From Nitrospiraceae bacterium (GTDB taxonomy: Bacteria > Nitrospirota > Nitrospiria > Nitrospirales > Nitrospiraceae), in the NCBI GenBank assembly GCA_050246315.1, contig JBFWWG010000001.1, forward strand, positions 384,001 through 448,000: 64,000 nt of DNA, written 5' to 3'. The position numbers and the translations under genes are program-made. Every line of letters begins with the position of its first letter. Within the stretch, counting starts at the first letter, position 1. Below the pieces are notes generated by a model, which was given only the letters and a program-made list of their open reading frames with translations, had not been told where the DNA came from and made no database searches. Below, in pieces: positions 30,483 to 40,195 of this stretch.

Positions 30483-31607
30483 TCATATCTTGATCGGCAT
30501 CACCACGCATTTGAACCCTGGGCTCTCGCGTTCCTGAATAAGGCAGGGGCTCAGCGGATTATCCATCTGAAGCGAGATCTGCTGTCCGTCCATGACCCCG
30601 AACGCATCAAGCAGATACCGGGCGTTGAACCCGGTGGATAAGGTCTCGCCCTTGTACTCGGCCGGTAATTCCTCGGTGGCCTCTCCGTAGTCGGGATTGT
30701 TGGCAAAGAGCGTGAGCGTGCCGCGCTCAAACGTCACTTTCACGGCGTTGGCCTTGTCGCGCGCCAGCACCGCCACCCTGCGACAGGCCCCTTCGAGCTC
30801 AACCCGGTCGACAAGAATTCGCTTGTCGCTCTCCTTAGGAATAACCTGCTGATAATTCGGATAGTTGCCCTCCATCAGGCTTGATGTGAGCAAGAGGCCG
30901 CTCTTCCGAAAGATCATCAGCTTCTTTGTGAAGCCGATCAGCGGCTCGCCATCTCCGTCTTCCTCCAACAGCCGGCGGATTTCGTGTGCGGCCTTCTTGG
31001 GAATGATCACCTTGATTTCCCGCGGCGCCTCTTTTGATCCTGCGGCAACTTCCTGCTCTGCCACAGCCAACCGATGCCCGTCGGTGCCGACGAGCCGCAA
31101 TGTGGTCTTCTTATCGCCGGTGACTAAGGTGACCAGGAGGCCGTTCAGGATATAGCGGGCATCGTTGTCGCCCGCGGCGAAGAGAGTCTTCCGAATAAGT
31201 TCTAGGAGATTCGAGCTGGTGAGCGGCGTCAGCCCTTCCTTGTCGATGGCTGGCAGGGCTGGATAGTCGCCCGCAGGGAGGCTGACGATCTTGAACTGGC
31301 TTTTACCCGCCTGGATCGTCAGCCAGTTGTTCTCCGCAGTGGCCAACTCGATTTCACCGTCCCGCAATTCCTTGATGATCTCAAACAGTTTGCGGGCCGA
31401 CACCGTGAGCGTCCCGGCTTCGGACACCGTGGCCTTGTAAACCGCCCGCATGCCGATTTCCAGATCTGTTGCGCTGACTTCGATGCCGTCCTGCTTAGCC
31501 TCCAGGAGAATGTTGGAGAGAATCGGCATGGTGTTCCTCTTTTCCACCACACCCTGGACACGTTGCAGGGCAACCAGCAATTCGTCTCGTGAAATCTTGA
31601 CTTTCAT
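30483..31607 (-). CDS. dnaN: DNA polymerase III beta sliding clamp
   Basis: PILSNILL, ATDLE, GTDGHRL, GNYPNY, VVMPI. Confidence 0.99.
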   Translation of the reverse strand: MKVKISRDELLVALQRVQGVVEKRNTMPILSNILLEAKQDGIEVSATDLEIGMRAVYKATVSEAGTLTVSARKLFEIIKELRDGEIELATAENNWLTIQAGKSQFKIVSLPAGDYPALPAIDKEGLTPLTSSNLLELIRKTLFAAGDNDARYILNGLLVTLVTGDKKTTLRLVGTDGHRLAVAEQEVAAGSKEAPREIKVIIPKKAAHEIRRLLEEDGDGEPLIGFTKKLMIFRKSGLLLTSSLMEGNYPNYQQVIPKESDKRILVDRVELEGACRRVAVLARDKANAVKVTFERGTLTLFANNPDYGEATEELPAEYKGETLSTGFNARYLLDAFGVMDGQQISLQMDNPLSPCLIQERESPGFKCVVMPIKI

Positions 31608-31627
31608 CTCTCACTCCCCGCACGCGG

Positions 31628-32974
31628 CTACCCGCGTGTAATTTGCTCCTTCAGCGTTTCCAGCGTCGCCCGCAGGGTCGTGTCGGTCTCCAGCGCTTTC
31701 GCGACCTGTTTGCAGGCATGCATGATTGTCGTGTGGTCCTTGCCGCCGAAGTGGCGCCCGATCTCCGGAAACGACGCATCGGTAAGTTCCCGGCAGAGAT
31801 ACATGGCGATCTGCCTCGGTTGGACGAGCGTCTTGCTCCGTCGGCGCGACTTGAGGTCGGCGATCTTTAGATGGAATCGCCCACTCACAGCCTCCTGGAT
31901 GTCGTCAAGCGCGATGATCTTCTTCTTGTCGCCGATTACGTCGCGCAGCACGGTCTTGGCCATTTCCAACGTGATCGGCTGGGCGGTTAACGAGGAATAG
32001 GCTCCCAAACGGACCAGCGATCCCTCCAACTCACGGATGTTGCTCTTCATGTTGTTGGCCAGGAACTGTACGACTTCTTCGGGTAACATCACCCCTTCGT
32101 CCTCCGACTTCTTCCGCAAGATCGCGATCCGCGTCTCGACATCGGGCGCCTGGAGATCGGCGATTAAGCCCCATTCAAATCTCGACCGCAGCCGTTCTTC
32201 GATGTCCGGCATCTCCTTCGGAAAACGGTCGCTGGTCACGACAATCTGCTTGTGGGCTTCATAGAGGGCGTTGAAGGTGTGAAAGAACTCCTCCTGTGTC
32301 CGCTCCTTTCCGGCGAGAAATTGAATGTCGTCGATCAGCAGCATGTCCACATTCCGGTATCGCCGCCGGAGGTCGATCATCTTGTCATAGCGGATAGAGT
32401 TGATCACCTCATTCGTGAACTGCTCGGTCGTGACATAGGCGATCCGGAGATCCGTCCGCTCCGCGACATGGTTTCCGATGGCGTTCAGCAGGTGGGTTTT
32501 ACCCAGCCCGACTCCTCCGTAAATGAAGAGGGGGTTGTAGGCTCGTGCCGGCTGTTCAGCCACCGCCATACAGGCCGCATGAGCGAATTGATTACTGCCT
32601 CCCACGACAAAGGTTCCAAACGTATACTTTGGATTCAGGTGGGCATGCTTCCGACTTCTCGGCCCGGTCGTTCCCTTCGGGGCCATTCCCATGCCTTCAC
32701 TACTCTGATCCCGTTCCTCCATCGTGGACTTCTGGATACTAAAACTGACATCGACCTTCGGCCCTCCTCTCACTGTACCGATCGCCTCACCGAGAAGATC
32801 TCCATAGTGCTCGCCCAACCAATCGCCAAAGAACTTGTTCGGAACGACAATCCGTGCCCCGCTGTCCTCCAAGGCTTCGAGGCGGATTGGTGCAAACCAT
32901 GTTTCAAATACCTGCCTCGGTACGCGCTCGCGCACGTAGGCCAATGTGTCATCCCATAACGTTGTAAGGGTCAT
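31628..32974 (-). CDS. dnaA: Chromosomal replication initiator
   Basis: GGVGLGKTHL, LLIDDIQF, RLRSRF, GGKDHTTIMHA; start ATG 32974 (ORF open to 33013). Confidence 0.99.
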   Translation of the reverse strand: MTLTTLWDDTLAYVRERVPRQVFETWFAPIRLEALEDSGARIVVPNKFFGDWLGEHYGDLLGEAIGTVRGGPKVDVSFSIQKSTMEERDQSSEGMGMAPKGTTGPRSRKHAHLNPKYTFGTFVVGGSNQFAHAACMAVAEQPARAYNPLFIYGGVGLGKTHLLNAIGNHVAERTDLRIAYVTTEQFTNEVINSIRYDKMIDLRRRYRNVDMLLIDDIQFLAGKERTQEEFFHTFNALYEAHKQIVVTSDRFPKEMPDIEERLRSRFEWGLIADLQAPDVETRIAILRKKSEDEGVMLPEEVVQFLANNMKSNIRELEGSLVRLGAYSSLTAQPITLEMAKTVLRDVIGDKKKIIALDDIQEAVSGRFHLKIADLKSRRRSKTLVQPRQIAMYLCRELTDASFPEIGRHFGGKDHTTIMHACKQVAKALETDTTLRATLETLKEQITRG

Positions 32975-32993
32975 AGGTATCGGGCTTTCCGTA

Positions 32994-33353
32994 CTATACA
33001 CAGAATTATTCACACCTGTGGATATCTGCCCCAGTTCGTCAATCCTGTGTATAGCCTGTAGATAAACACCACCGATCTGTTCACCGTGATGACAGCGGAG
33101 ATTTCCGACGCTATTACCTTGCTTACCATCCCCAAGTTGTCCCGTGACCGTCCACGAGCAGCCCTGATTCCATCCAGATCCTCACCCACAGATGACTGAA
33201 TTCGTAACAGACTGTTTTATTGTGATCGTTTCTCTTTTCACATGATCCACAGGACTTATCTCTACTCCGACTACGACGACTATTTTTTCTTCTTTCTTCA
33301 TAACAAACCGTCAGAGTGTGATTACCGAATCGGAAGCAAAAATTTTTTCCACA
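32994..33353. other. Replication origin oriC
   Basis: DnaA-box-like 9-mers at 32994, 33006, 33017, 33046, 33057, 33243, 33345; the box at 33243 is followed by a TAC/GAC trinucleotide run and a T-rich tract; gene orientation mostly diverges around this region. Confidence 0.85.
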
Positions 33354-33580
33354 AGATCCTCGTACTCGATCGTCCTTCCCGGAAAGATGACCTGACGCTT
33401 GCTGAGATCTTCCTTGAGAGCCGACACCGGTATTGAGGTCAGCTGACTGTCGAGAGAGATACGAACCGCCTCCTCCAGGAGCACGATCTCCTGCTGAAGA
33501 TCCGGCTCCACCTGCGGTGAAAAGAGAGGATCCTGGGAGAGGTTTGTGTTTCTAGTGACGAGATACAGCACCTTGTGCAT
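33311..33580 (-). CDS. DsrH/TusB-like protein
   Basis: VLLEEAV, LKEDLSKR, IEYEDLVEKIFASDSVIT. Confidence 0.72.
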   Translation of the reverse strand: MHKVLYLVTRNTNLSQDPLFSPQVEPDLQQEIVLLEEAVRISLDSQLTSIPVSALKEDLSKRQVIFPGRTIEYEDLVEKIFASDSVITL

Positions 33581-33584
33581 GGTT

Positions 33585-33929
33585 TCAAAAGACCAACACG
33601 CGTCGAGAGGTCGTTACATGCCGGTGTAGTTCCACCGGCGCTGCTTCCTTGACACGGAAGCCCGGTTCGATCGAAAAGCTTTGGATGGCTCCGGGAACGA
33701 CGAGGAATTCCGTTTCCAGGTGTCGGAACGATGGGAGATACTTTTCAAGGATGTCGAGATCCATCACATCGTCACGGTCTTCGGAAAGGAGTTTCGGGGC
33801 ATTGTCCAACAGAACGACCTTGAGTGGCCGATCACCGGCTCCAAGCCCCAAGGCGATACGCAATGCCTCGACAGCGCGGCCGGACGTGAGAGGATTTTCG
33901 CGTATGACCACGGTCGTCGTGTCGGACAT
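33585..33929 (-). CDS. DsrF/TusC-like protein
   Basis: VVIRENP...RAVEALRIALGL, C-terminal VLVF; in operon with DsrE and DsrH-like genes. Confidence 0.72.
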   Translation of the reverse strand: MSDTTTVVIRENPLTSGRAVEALRIALGLGAGDRPLKVVLLDNAPKLLSEDRDDVMDLDILEKYLPSFRHLETEFLVVPGAIQSFSIEPGFRVKEAAPVELHRHVTTSRRVLVF

Positions 33930-33955
33930 GGAGAAAATTACGGGAAGTGCGCGGC

Positions 33956-34276
33956 TTAATTGAAGGATACGAACTGATCACATGCGTCGACCATATTGGA
34001 CAGAATGACCAATCCACAGAGAGTGATGCGCGGGTCGAGAGACTCTGTTGAAACACCATGGTGCTGGCATCCGTATGCGCAGACAAAGTACTTCATCCCA
34101 AGGCTGGATAACCCGAGAATGCGAGCGTCTCCGAGGTTCTTGACGCCCTCATCGATCAGGTACAGATAGACATCAACACCCTTCCGTGTTGCGGCTTCTG
34201 AAAGAGCAATAGCCGTCTCTACATGGGGGTGGCCAGGGGGTGTGGATAACAAGATACCAAGCTTGCGCTTTTCCAC
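33956..34276 (-). CDS. DsrE/TusD-like sulfur-relay protein
   Basis: LLSTPP, YLIDEGV, conserved Cys in VCAYGC, CDQFVSF. Confidence 0.8.
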   Translation of the reverse strand: MEKRKLGILLSTPPGHPHVETAIALSEAATRKGVDVYLYLIDEGVKNLGDARILGLSSLGMKYFVCAYGCQHHGVSTESLDPRITLCGLVILSNMVDACDQFVSFN

Positions 34277-34316
34277 AAAGATTAATGCTGATTAGTATAG
34301 ACTTATCAATAAGTTA
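34241..34316. promoter_or_regulatory. Second DnaA-box pair plus IHF consensus site
   Basis: TGTGGATAA 34241..34249, TTTTCCACA 34269..34277, TATCAATAAGTTA 34304..34316 (WATCAANNNNTTR). Confidence 0.55.
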
Positions 34317-34382
34317 CATTGTTCATACTTGCGCAAGACTATGCTCTTTCGGATACAAAGTCAATAAGGACTTTTCTAGCAA

Positions 34383-35639
34383 TCAGTCTTTCAATAGACG
34401 AACGGACAGATCGTGAACCACGGAAGAAAGAGGGATCTCTTCCTGAGCTTTCGAGACCATGTTTCGGAGGATCGCCGCTCCTTTCGCGACCTCGTCATCA
34501 CCAATGATCAAGGTGTGGGAGCAATGGAGACGGTCGGACTGGCGAAGATGCGCCTTGAGGGTGGTGGATCTGTAGTCACAGGTGGCCTCAATGCCGGCCT
34601 GGCGGATCGAGTCAAGCAGCGGGTGAGCGGTTGCGATTCCATCTCGGCCGAACCCTGCAACGTACAAGAATAGCGACGGGGGAGGGACGAGGTCATCCTG
34701 CAGCAAGAGGGCGATGCGTTCAAGACCGACGGCAAACCCGATCGCAGGCGTTGGCGCGCCCCCAAGTACCTCAACCAACCCATCGTAACGGCCGCCTGCG
34801 CCGACCGCGTTCTGCGCTCCTAGGTGCGTGCACGTCACTTCGAACGTGGTCAACGTATAATAGTCAAGCCCACGTACAAGTCGAGGGTTGAGCGTAACCG
34901 GGACGGCGATCGCCGACAGTCCTGCCCGCACCGCCTCAAAATGATCCCGTGCTCGTGATGAAATATGATCGACGATCGAGGGGGCTCCGGAAGTCGCCTC
35001 ACGACACCCTGGCACCTTGCAATCGAGGACCCGGAGGGGATTCGTGTCCAGACGACGCTGGCAGTTTGCGCAAAGGGCGGCCTGTTTGGGTTCCAGAAAT
35101 TCGCGAAGGACCTTTTTATACCGCGGCCTGTCTTCTGTTTCCCCAAGAGTATTGAGTTCCAACGTAAGGCCCGGCAGCCGCAATGCGTTGAAGTATCGCC
35201 ACAGAAGGGACACCACCTCCACATCCGCTTCAGGTTCCGCCACCCCTAACAGTTCGACCCCGAATTGATGAAACTGCCGCAGGCGTCCCGCTTGAGGCCG
35301 TTCATGGCGAAACATTGGGCCGAGATAAAACAGCTTTTGCGGCAGGGGCGAAGCACCCAAGTTATGCTCGATATAGGATCGCACGGCGCCGGCGGTCCCC
35401 TCGGGCCGTAAGGTCAGGGAGGACCCGTCGCGGTCCGTGAACGTGTACATCTCCTTTTCCACAATGTCCGTCGTGGCGCCAATCGAGCGGGCGAAGAGTT
35501 CGGTCACCTCGAAGATCGGCAGCCGGATCTCGCGAAATCCGTAGAGCCTCGCATACCGGCGAGCGCTGTTCTCGATGAGAAGCCATCGGTCTATCTGATC
35601 CGGAAGGAGATCCTTGACGCCTTTAATACCCTTGATCAT
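34383..35639 (-). CDS. hisS: Histidine-tRNA ligase
   Basis: LRPEGTA, RHERPQAGRLRQFHQ, LVRGLDYY, GGRYD. Confidence 0.98.
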   Translation of the reverse strand: MIKGIKGVKDLLPDQIDRWLLIENSARRYARLYGFREIRLPIFEVTELFARSIGATTDIVEKEMYTFTDRDGSSLTLRPEGTAGAVRSYIEHNLGASPLPQKLFYLGPMFRHERPQAGRLRQFHQFGVELLGVAEPEADVEVVSLLWRYFNALRLPGLTLELNTLGETEDRPRYKKVLREFLEPKQAALCANCQRRLDTNPLRVLDCKVPGCREATSGAPSIVDHISSRARDHFEAVRAGLSAIAVPVTLNPRLVRGLDYYTLTTFEVTCTHLGAQNAVGAGGRYDGLVEVLGGAPTPAIGFAVGLERIALLLQDDLVPPPSLFLYVAGFGRDGIATAHPLLDSIRQAGIEATCDYRSTTLKAHLRQSDRLHCSHTLIIGDDEVAKGAAILRNMVSKAQEEIPLSSVVHDLSVRLLKD

Positions 35640-35947
35640 GGTGCGCGTTTGCTCGTTAAACCCGTGTCTCTCGTGGTCGATCCTCGGCCCGCGGCATCAT
35701 AGCGCGACGAGGGAGGGACAAGTCAACGCAACCGAGGCGACTCTATGGCGGGCGACCATGGTTAGCGAACGAGGGTCGTCGTATTGACAAGCGTGACGGC
35801 GGTTCTGCATGCTGCGCGGCAGATCGCACAACTCGGCTCTCTGCGCATGAATCGCAACCCAACTGCAACGAGATCGATCGCACGGTGGTCAAGGCACAGG
35901 GCAAACCTGGCCTTCGGGCCGGAGCTGCATGACGGCTGGAGGGCTTC

Positions 35948-37444
35948 ATGATGACCGATGGTCCCGGTAGGCGCGTGGTCGCCGTGGCACCGATGCCCCC
36001 TGAGAAGGCGGCCTATGCGCTCGCGCGGTACAGCCGCTCCCCGGATTCTATCGAGGACAGCATCCGCTGGGTGCACGGCCATTCGTCGGAGAAATTCTGG
36101 GATCAGTATTACTTCGCCTACGGGCACGCTTCCATCGCCGACCTGGGCCATGCCATCGTCTGCTTCGAGCACATCTCCGAGCTCGCCGCTATCCGGATCG
36201 AGGACGAGCCGCTCTGGGACGGCCAAGCGAAATCGAGCCGCTACCAAAATTTCGGTCCCGGCGGGTGCTATACCCCCGACGCCATTCGGGGATCAGAAGT
36301 CGAGGGACTCTATCAGGGTATCCTCGGCAGTTTGGCCAATGCCTACCGCCTCCTTCATGACCCGGTCAAGCGGTTTCTCTCCGAGCGAACTCCGCGTCCG
36401 GCCGAAATGAAAGAAGCGGACTATGACCGGACGATGGCGGCGCGCGCGTTCGATGTGACCCGGTACCTGTTACCGCTCGCGGCCAGGACCAATGTCGGGC
36501 AGGTTGTCAGCGTGCGGACATTGGAGAAGCAGATCACCCGGTTTCTCTCTGCTGCCTTGCCGGAGCTCCAGATGGTCGGGGACGATCTGAGAGACGCTTG
36601 CCTCCGACCACCGGTGAATGTCTGGGGGGAACTGTGTGGTCAGGTGGCGGGCCTCGGCGAGCCGCTGGCCCCAACATTGGCGAGGCATGCCAAGGCTAGC
36701 CCCTATCAGAGCCAGGTCTATCAAGAGATGGGCCGGTACGTGCGGGAGATCCTCAAGCGGGCCGGGCTGGAGGAGCGTTCTTCCTGGGGCGATCCGGAGC
36801 AGGCTTCTTCCGTGGATCTGATCGAGCCGCATGATCCACTGGATGAACTGGCCGCCACCTGGTTGTACCGGGGAGGGCAGGCTCCCTATCGAAAGATTCT
36901 GGAACTGGTCCGAAGCTGGACCGAAAAACAAAAGCAGGAAGTCATCGACCTCGCACTGGCCAAGCGAGGCCCGCATGATGAATTGCCCAAGGAGTTTCGG
37001 AGCGGTTACAGCTTTATCTTCGACATCCTCATGGATATCGGTGCCTGGCGGGACCTGCATCGCCACCGCCGCTGCCAGCAGATCCAACAGAACTTTACGA
37101 CCGCCCACGGCTATGACGTGCCGCCGCTGTTAACCGAAGCCAGACTCGATCACGACTACCGAGATGCGATGGACGCCGTCAAACGGGACATCGAGACCAT
37201 CCGCAAGAACAGCCAGGAAGCGGCCCTCTACGCCATTCCGTTCGGCTTCAAGGTCCGTTGCCTATTCAAGATGGATTATGCGGAAGCGGAATACATCTCC
37301 CGCTTACGGTCCGGCCTCAAGGGCCATTGGTCGTACCGGACTGTCGCCTGGCAAATGCAGCAGGCCATGGCCCAGCGCTATCCGTTCCTTGCCGGCCACA
37401 TTCATGCAACACCTCCCACTGTCGAGGACCGTCTCACCCGCTGA
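35948..37444 (+). CDS. thyX: Flavin-dependent thymidylate synthase with tandem ThyX domains
   Basis: ARYSRS, YGHASIADL, KSSRYQ, FDVTRYLLP in domain 1; RDLHRHR and GHWSYR in domain 2. Confidence 0.85.
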   Translation: MMTDGPGRRVVAVAPMPPEKAAYALARYSRSPDSIEDSIRWVHGHSSEKFWDQYYFAYGHASIADLGHAIVCFEHISELAAIRIEDEPLWDGQAKSSRYQNFGPGGCYTPDAIRGSEVEGLYQGILGSLANAYRLLHDPVKRFLSERTPRPAEMKEADYDRTMAARAFDVTRYLLPLAARTNVGQVVSVRTLEKQITRFLSAALPELQMVGDDLRDACLRPPVNVWGELCGQVAGLGEPLAPTLARHAKASPYQSQVYQEMGRYVREILKRAGLEERSSWGDPEQASSVDLIEPHDPLDELAATWLYRGGQAPYRKILELVRSWTEKQKQEVIDLALAKRGPHDELPKEFRSGYSFIFDILMDIGAWRDLHRHRRCQQIQQNFTTAHGYDVPPLLTEARLDHDYRDAMDAVKRDIETIRKNSQEAALYAIPFGFKVRCLFKMDYAEAEYISRLRSGLKGHWSYRTVAWQMQQAMAQRYPFLAGHIHATPPTVEDRLTR

Positions 37445-37451
37445 GCTGCCC

Positions 37452-38495
37452 GTGACCATCGAGGATTTTGCGGCAGAGATCGAAGAGGCCCTGGTTGCGG
37501 GAGACTGGTCCGCGGTCGAGCGTGCGGCGACCACGTGGCGACAGGGCTCGGGAGAGCCGAACGGTGATCCGAGGCCCGTCTTCGCGCTGAACGTTGTCCA
37601 CCTGCTGCGCGGCGAGATGGCGCAGGCCTGGGCGCTCCATGCTGAGTCGTTGGCCGAGGCGGAGGATATTGAACGGGTGCGGGAGTGGCTGGAGGAGGTT
37701 CGGGCCCGCCGGGGTGAGAACGGCTCGCTTCACTTGGTGATGGGCCTGTTCCTGTCCCAATCGGGACAATCGGAGGAATCGGTCGCCAGTTTCAAACAGG
37801 CCATGACGCTCCTGCCGACGTCGCCCCTCCCACATTTTTTCTACGGGCAGATCATGGAACGGGCCGGTCGGTCGGACATGGCCATCAAAGCGTATCGTGA
37901 AGCGGTGCGGCTCGGGCCTGAGTTTACGGCCGCGCGCACAGGTTTGGGCGTGCTCTATCAACAGCAGGGGCAGCTGGAGCAGGCGCTCCCGCAGTTCCGT
38001 GAAGTGGTGAAACAGCGCCCGACGGACGCGGTGGCCAGGGCCGCATTGGCTTGTGCGCTGGCCGCGCAGGGCAAATTCGAGCCGGCGCTCACGGAGTACA
38101 AGGAAGCCGTGCGGTTGGACCCGACCAACGCCGAATTGCACTGCGGACTGGGCAGGTTCTATGAAGATCGAGGCCGAAACGAACTGGCCATGCAGGAGTA
38201 CCGGGCGGCGGTCCAAGAGGACCCTGATTTCGCGCCCGGCCATGTCGCGATCGGTTGGCTCTTGCTCAACAAGCGGAAGATGAACGACGCCATGGAATCC
38301 TTCAATCGGGCTCTGCGGGCCGACCCGGATCAAGGCAAGGCTTATCTCGGAATCGGAAAAATCTATGCCGCTCACGGGAAGACGGAAGTGGCTGTGGAGA
38401 ACTATTCCAAGGCGCTTAGACTCGAGAAGGACCCCGATGCCAAGAACCGGATCTTGAACGAACTCTACATGGAAGGCACCACGTGGGACACATAG
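37452..38495 (+). CDS. TPR-repeat protein
   Basis: About 7 tandem 34-aa TPR units; start GTG 37452 inferred. Confidence 0.88.
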   Translation: MTIEDFAAEIEEALVAGDWSAVERAATTWRQGSGEPNGDPRPVFALNVVHLLRGEMAQAWALHAESLAEAEDIERVREWLEEVRARRGENGSLHLVMGLFLSQSGQSEESVASFKQAMTLLPTSPLPHFFYGQIMERAGRSDMAIKAYREAVRLGPEFTAARTGLGVLYQQQGQLEQALPQFREVVKQRPTDAVARAALACALAAQGKFEPALTEYKEAVRLDPTNAELHCGLGRFYEDRGRNELAMQEYRAAVQEDPDFAPGHVAIGWLLLNKRKMNDAMESFNRALRADPDQGKAYLGIGKIYAAHGKTEVAVENYSKALRLEKDPDAKNRILNELYMEGTTWDT

Positions 38496-38929
38496 GGGCG
38501 CGCCGGAGCAGGGTTGCTCTCTCTCGACCGTCAGAAAGCGTCACGCGGCCCTGATCGGAAAATCGCGGCGACGGACGGGCGTCGGCTTCAGACACCCTGG
38601 AATGCACTGATGGTCCGGCAGCCTTTGGCGGTGTACTTTTTAGCCGCCTCTGCCTCTGAGGCCGCGGCCGTTGGCCGCGATGTCGGCACAGGCGGCATCC
38701 GATATGCCTCTCAAAGACAGACACCCACTCCAGGGCCCGCTTCAGCCGTCTGCCCGTCCCGCCGTGCAGTGGGATCGCGGGATGATTATTTGTTGATCAT
38801 GCCTGGGGCTTTGGGGCGTGCCTTTACTTCTCTACCGCCGGAAATGGGGGGAGCCCGGTTCAATGGGAGGTATACATGGGTCTGCGGGAAAATGATGTAC
38901 TGACTAACAGGAAGGTCGGATGGAACAAT

Positions 38930-39314
38930 AGCCTCTTTCCAGATCTTTGGCCAAGGACGCGAGTCTCACGCGCTAGGATTTCGAGGGGAATGTCCAACTC
39001 CGATTAATTCGGCGGATCATTTCAAGATATAATCCGCACCTCCTCTATAAGACTTCGGAGACCAGGGCGCGCCCGCCGAGCAGCGCTTCGAGATCCTTTT
39101 GCGTCATGCCGAGTTGTTCCATCCGAAATCTGATTGCATCCACGGGATCGGAGGGGCTCACGGCATGGTGCTTGGCCTCATAGGCTTCGACCAGCGTCGT
39201 AAGGATATCCAGTTCATCTCCGGCCTTGGTACCCGGCCTCGCGTCCATCAAGTGCTCGATGCGAAGCAACGCGCGCTCATAGTCCCGCTTCGTCTTGATG
39301 AGGAAGACGTTCAT
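38930..39314 (-). pseudogene. higA: HigA-type antitoxin (HTH) pseudogene
   Basis: IKTKRDYERAL...LVEAYE...DPVDAIRFRMEQLG...VSEVL then TAG; homology continues (LEMIRRI, frameshift, ELDIPLEIL); 3' boundary approximate. Confidence 0.78.
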
Positions 39315-39453
39315 GGCTTTTCTGGCGCGTACTTAGGTGTCAGCAGATCTTAGGACCCGATCAAGATTTTCTTCAATAAGGCCGCAGGGAGTCTGAGCTC
39401 GAGGAAGGCAACCTGGTCGATGGGCGCACGGGGATCGTGGCGAGGCGTCGCCG

Positions 39454-39481
39454 CTTGACGAATGACGAACGACCGATGACG
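39454..39481. repeat. Single arm of the 7-bp repeat array
   Basis: cttgacg aatgacg aacgacc gatgacg. Confidence 0.6.
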
Positions 39482-39484
39482 CGC

Positions 39485-39754
39485 TTATAACTCGCGCAAG
39501 GCGCCTTGCAGCACCGTGAGCTGCGTGATCGGATCGCCGGCGGTCTTGAGTTCGCCTTGGATCTGGTCGCGGAGATAAGAGGAATAGCCGACCTTGTCGA
39601 GGAGAACGTGAAGGAATCGTTCAGGCGGCAGCAGGCTCTGGGCCTTCAACTCGTCGATCGTCTCGTCGCTGACCGGCACATAGGTGCTCCCGATGTGGAA
39701 CACCACGTTGTAGTGCTGGTCCTTCCTGATGCGTTCGAATCGTAGCCCCTTCAC
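39485..39754 (-). CDS. Small hypothetical protein
   Basis: GTG start with GGAGG RBS; protein-like 89-aa ORF. Confidence 0.7.
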   Translation of the reverse strand: MKGLRFERIRKDQHYNVVFHIGSTYVPVSDETIDELKAQSLLPPERFLHVLLDKVGYSSYLRDQIQGELKTAGDPITQLTVLQGALREL

Positions 39755-39850
39755 CCGACCTCCCTCCGATTCACGGGGAGAGGCGATTGTAGTCAAACGC
39801 GCTCCGGAAGACAAGGTGGGAAAGGCGAGGTAGGGGACCTCCTCCCTGAG

Positions 39851-40192
39851 TCAAGAATGTGCTGATTTCTTCCCGAAATACTCCCGCCGGCTCACGGCCA
39901 CATCTGTCACGAACATCACGCCCGAATGCCGTTCAAACAGAGGCCGTAGCCCAGCCAGGATGGGCTCGACTTTTTCTGCCGGTACGACCGTCATGATCAT
40001 GACCAGGCTTTCCTGCTCGCTGAACATGAAGTGGGCTTCCCGGACCCCATGATGTCCCTTACCGGAAACATTGCCGATGATCGTGTACCCCGAGGCCTGA
40101 ACCTTGTCGAGCAGCTCGGTCACAAATGGACGGTTGTCACCCGAGACAATCACGCGTATCTCCTTCATCGGGTGCAGGGTCAGTGCGCTCAT
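39851..40192 (-). CDS. PII-superfamily (SbtB-like) regulator
   Basis: MKEIRVIV, GYTII, VSGKGHHG, SGVMFVTDVAV; last gene of the DAB operon. Confidence 0.85.
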   Translation of the reverse strand: MSALTLHPMKEIRVIVSGDNRPFVTELLDKVQASGYTIIGNVSGKGHHGVREAHFMFSEQESLVMIMTVVPAEKVEPILAGLRPLFERHSGVMFVTDVAVSRREYFGKKSAHS

Positions 40193-40195
40193 GTC

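Noticed and set aside
35887..35930. GGTCAAGGCACAGGGCAAACC plus hairpin upstream of thyX, resembling the 5' half of a c-di-GMP-I riboswitch
   Set aside because: The loop is UUCG rather than GNRA, the GACGCAAAG junction and third stem are missing, and the start codon follows within ~20 nt. A cmscan hit would reverse this
38514..38903. 129-aa ORF after the TPR gene
   Set aside because: No RBS or motif and not protein-like in composition
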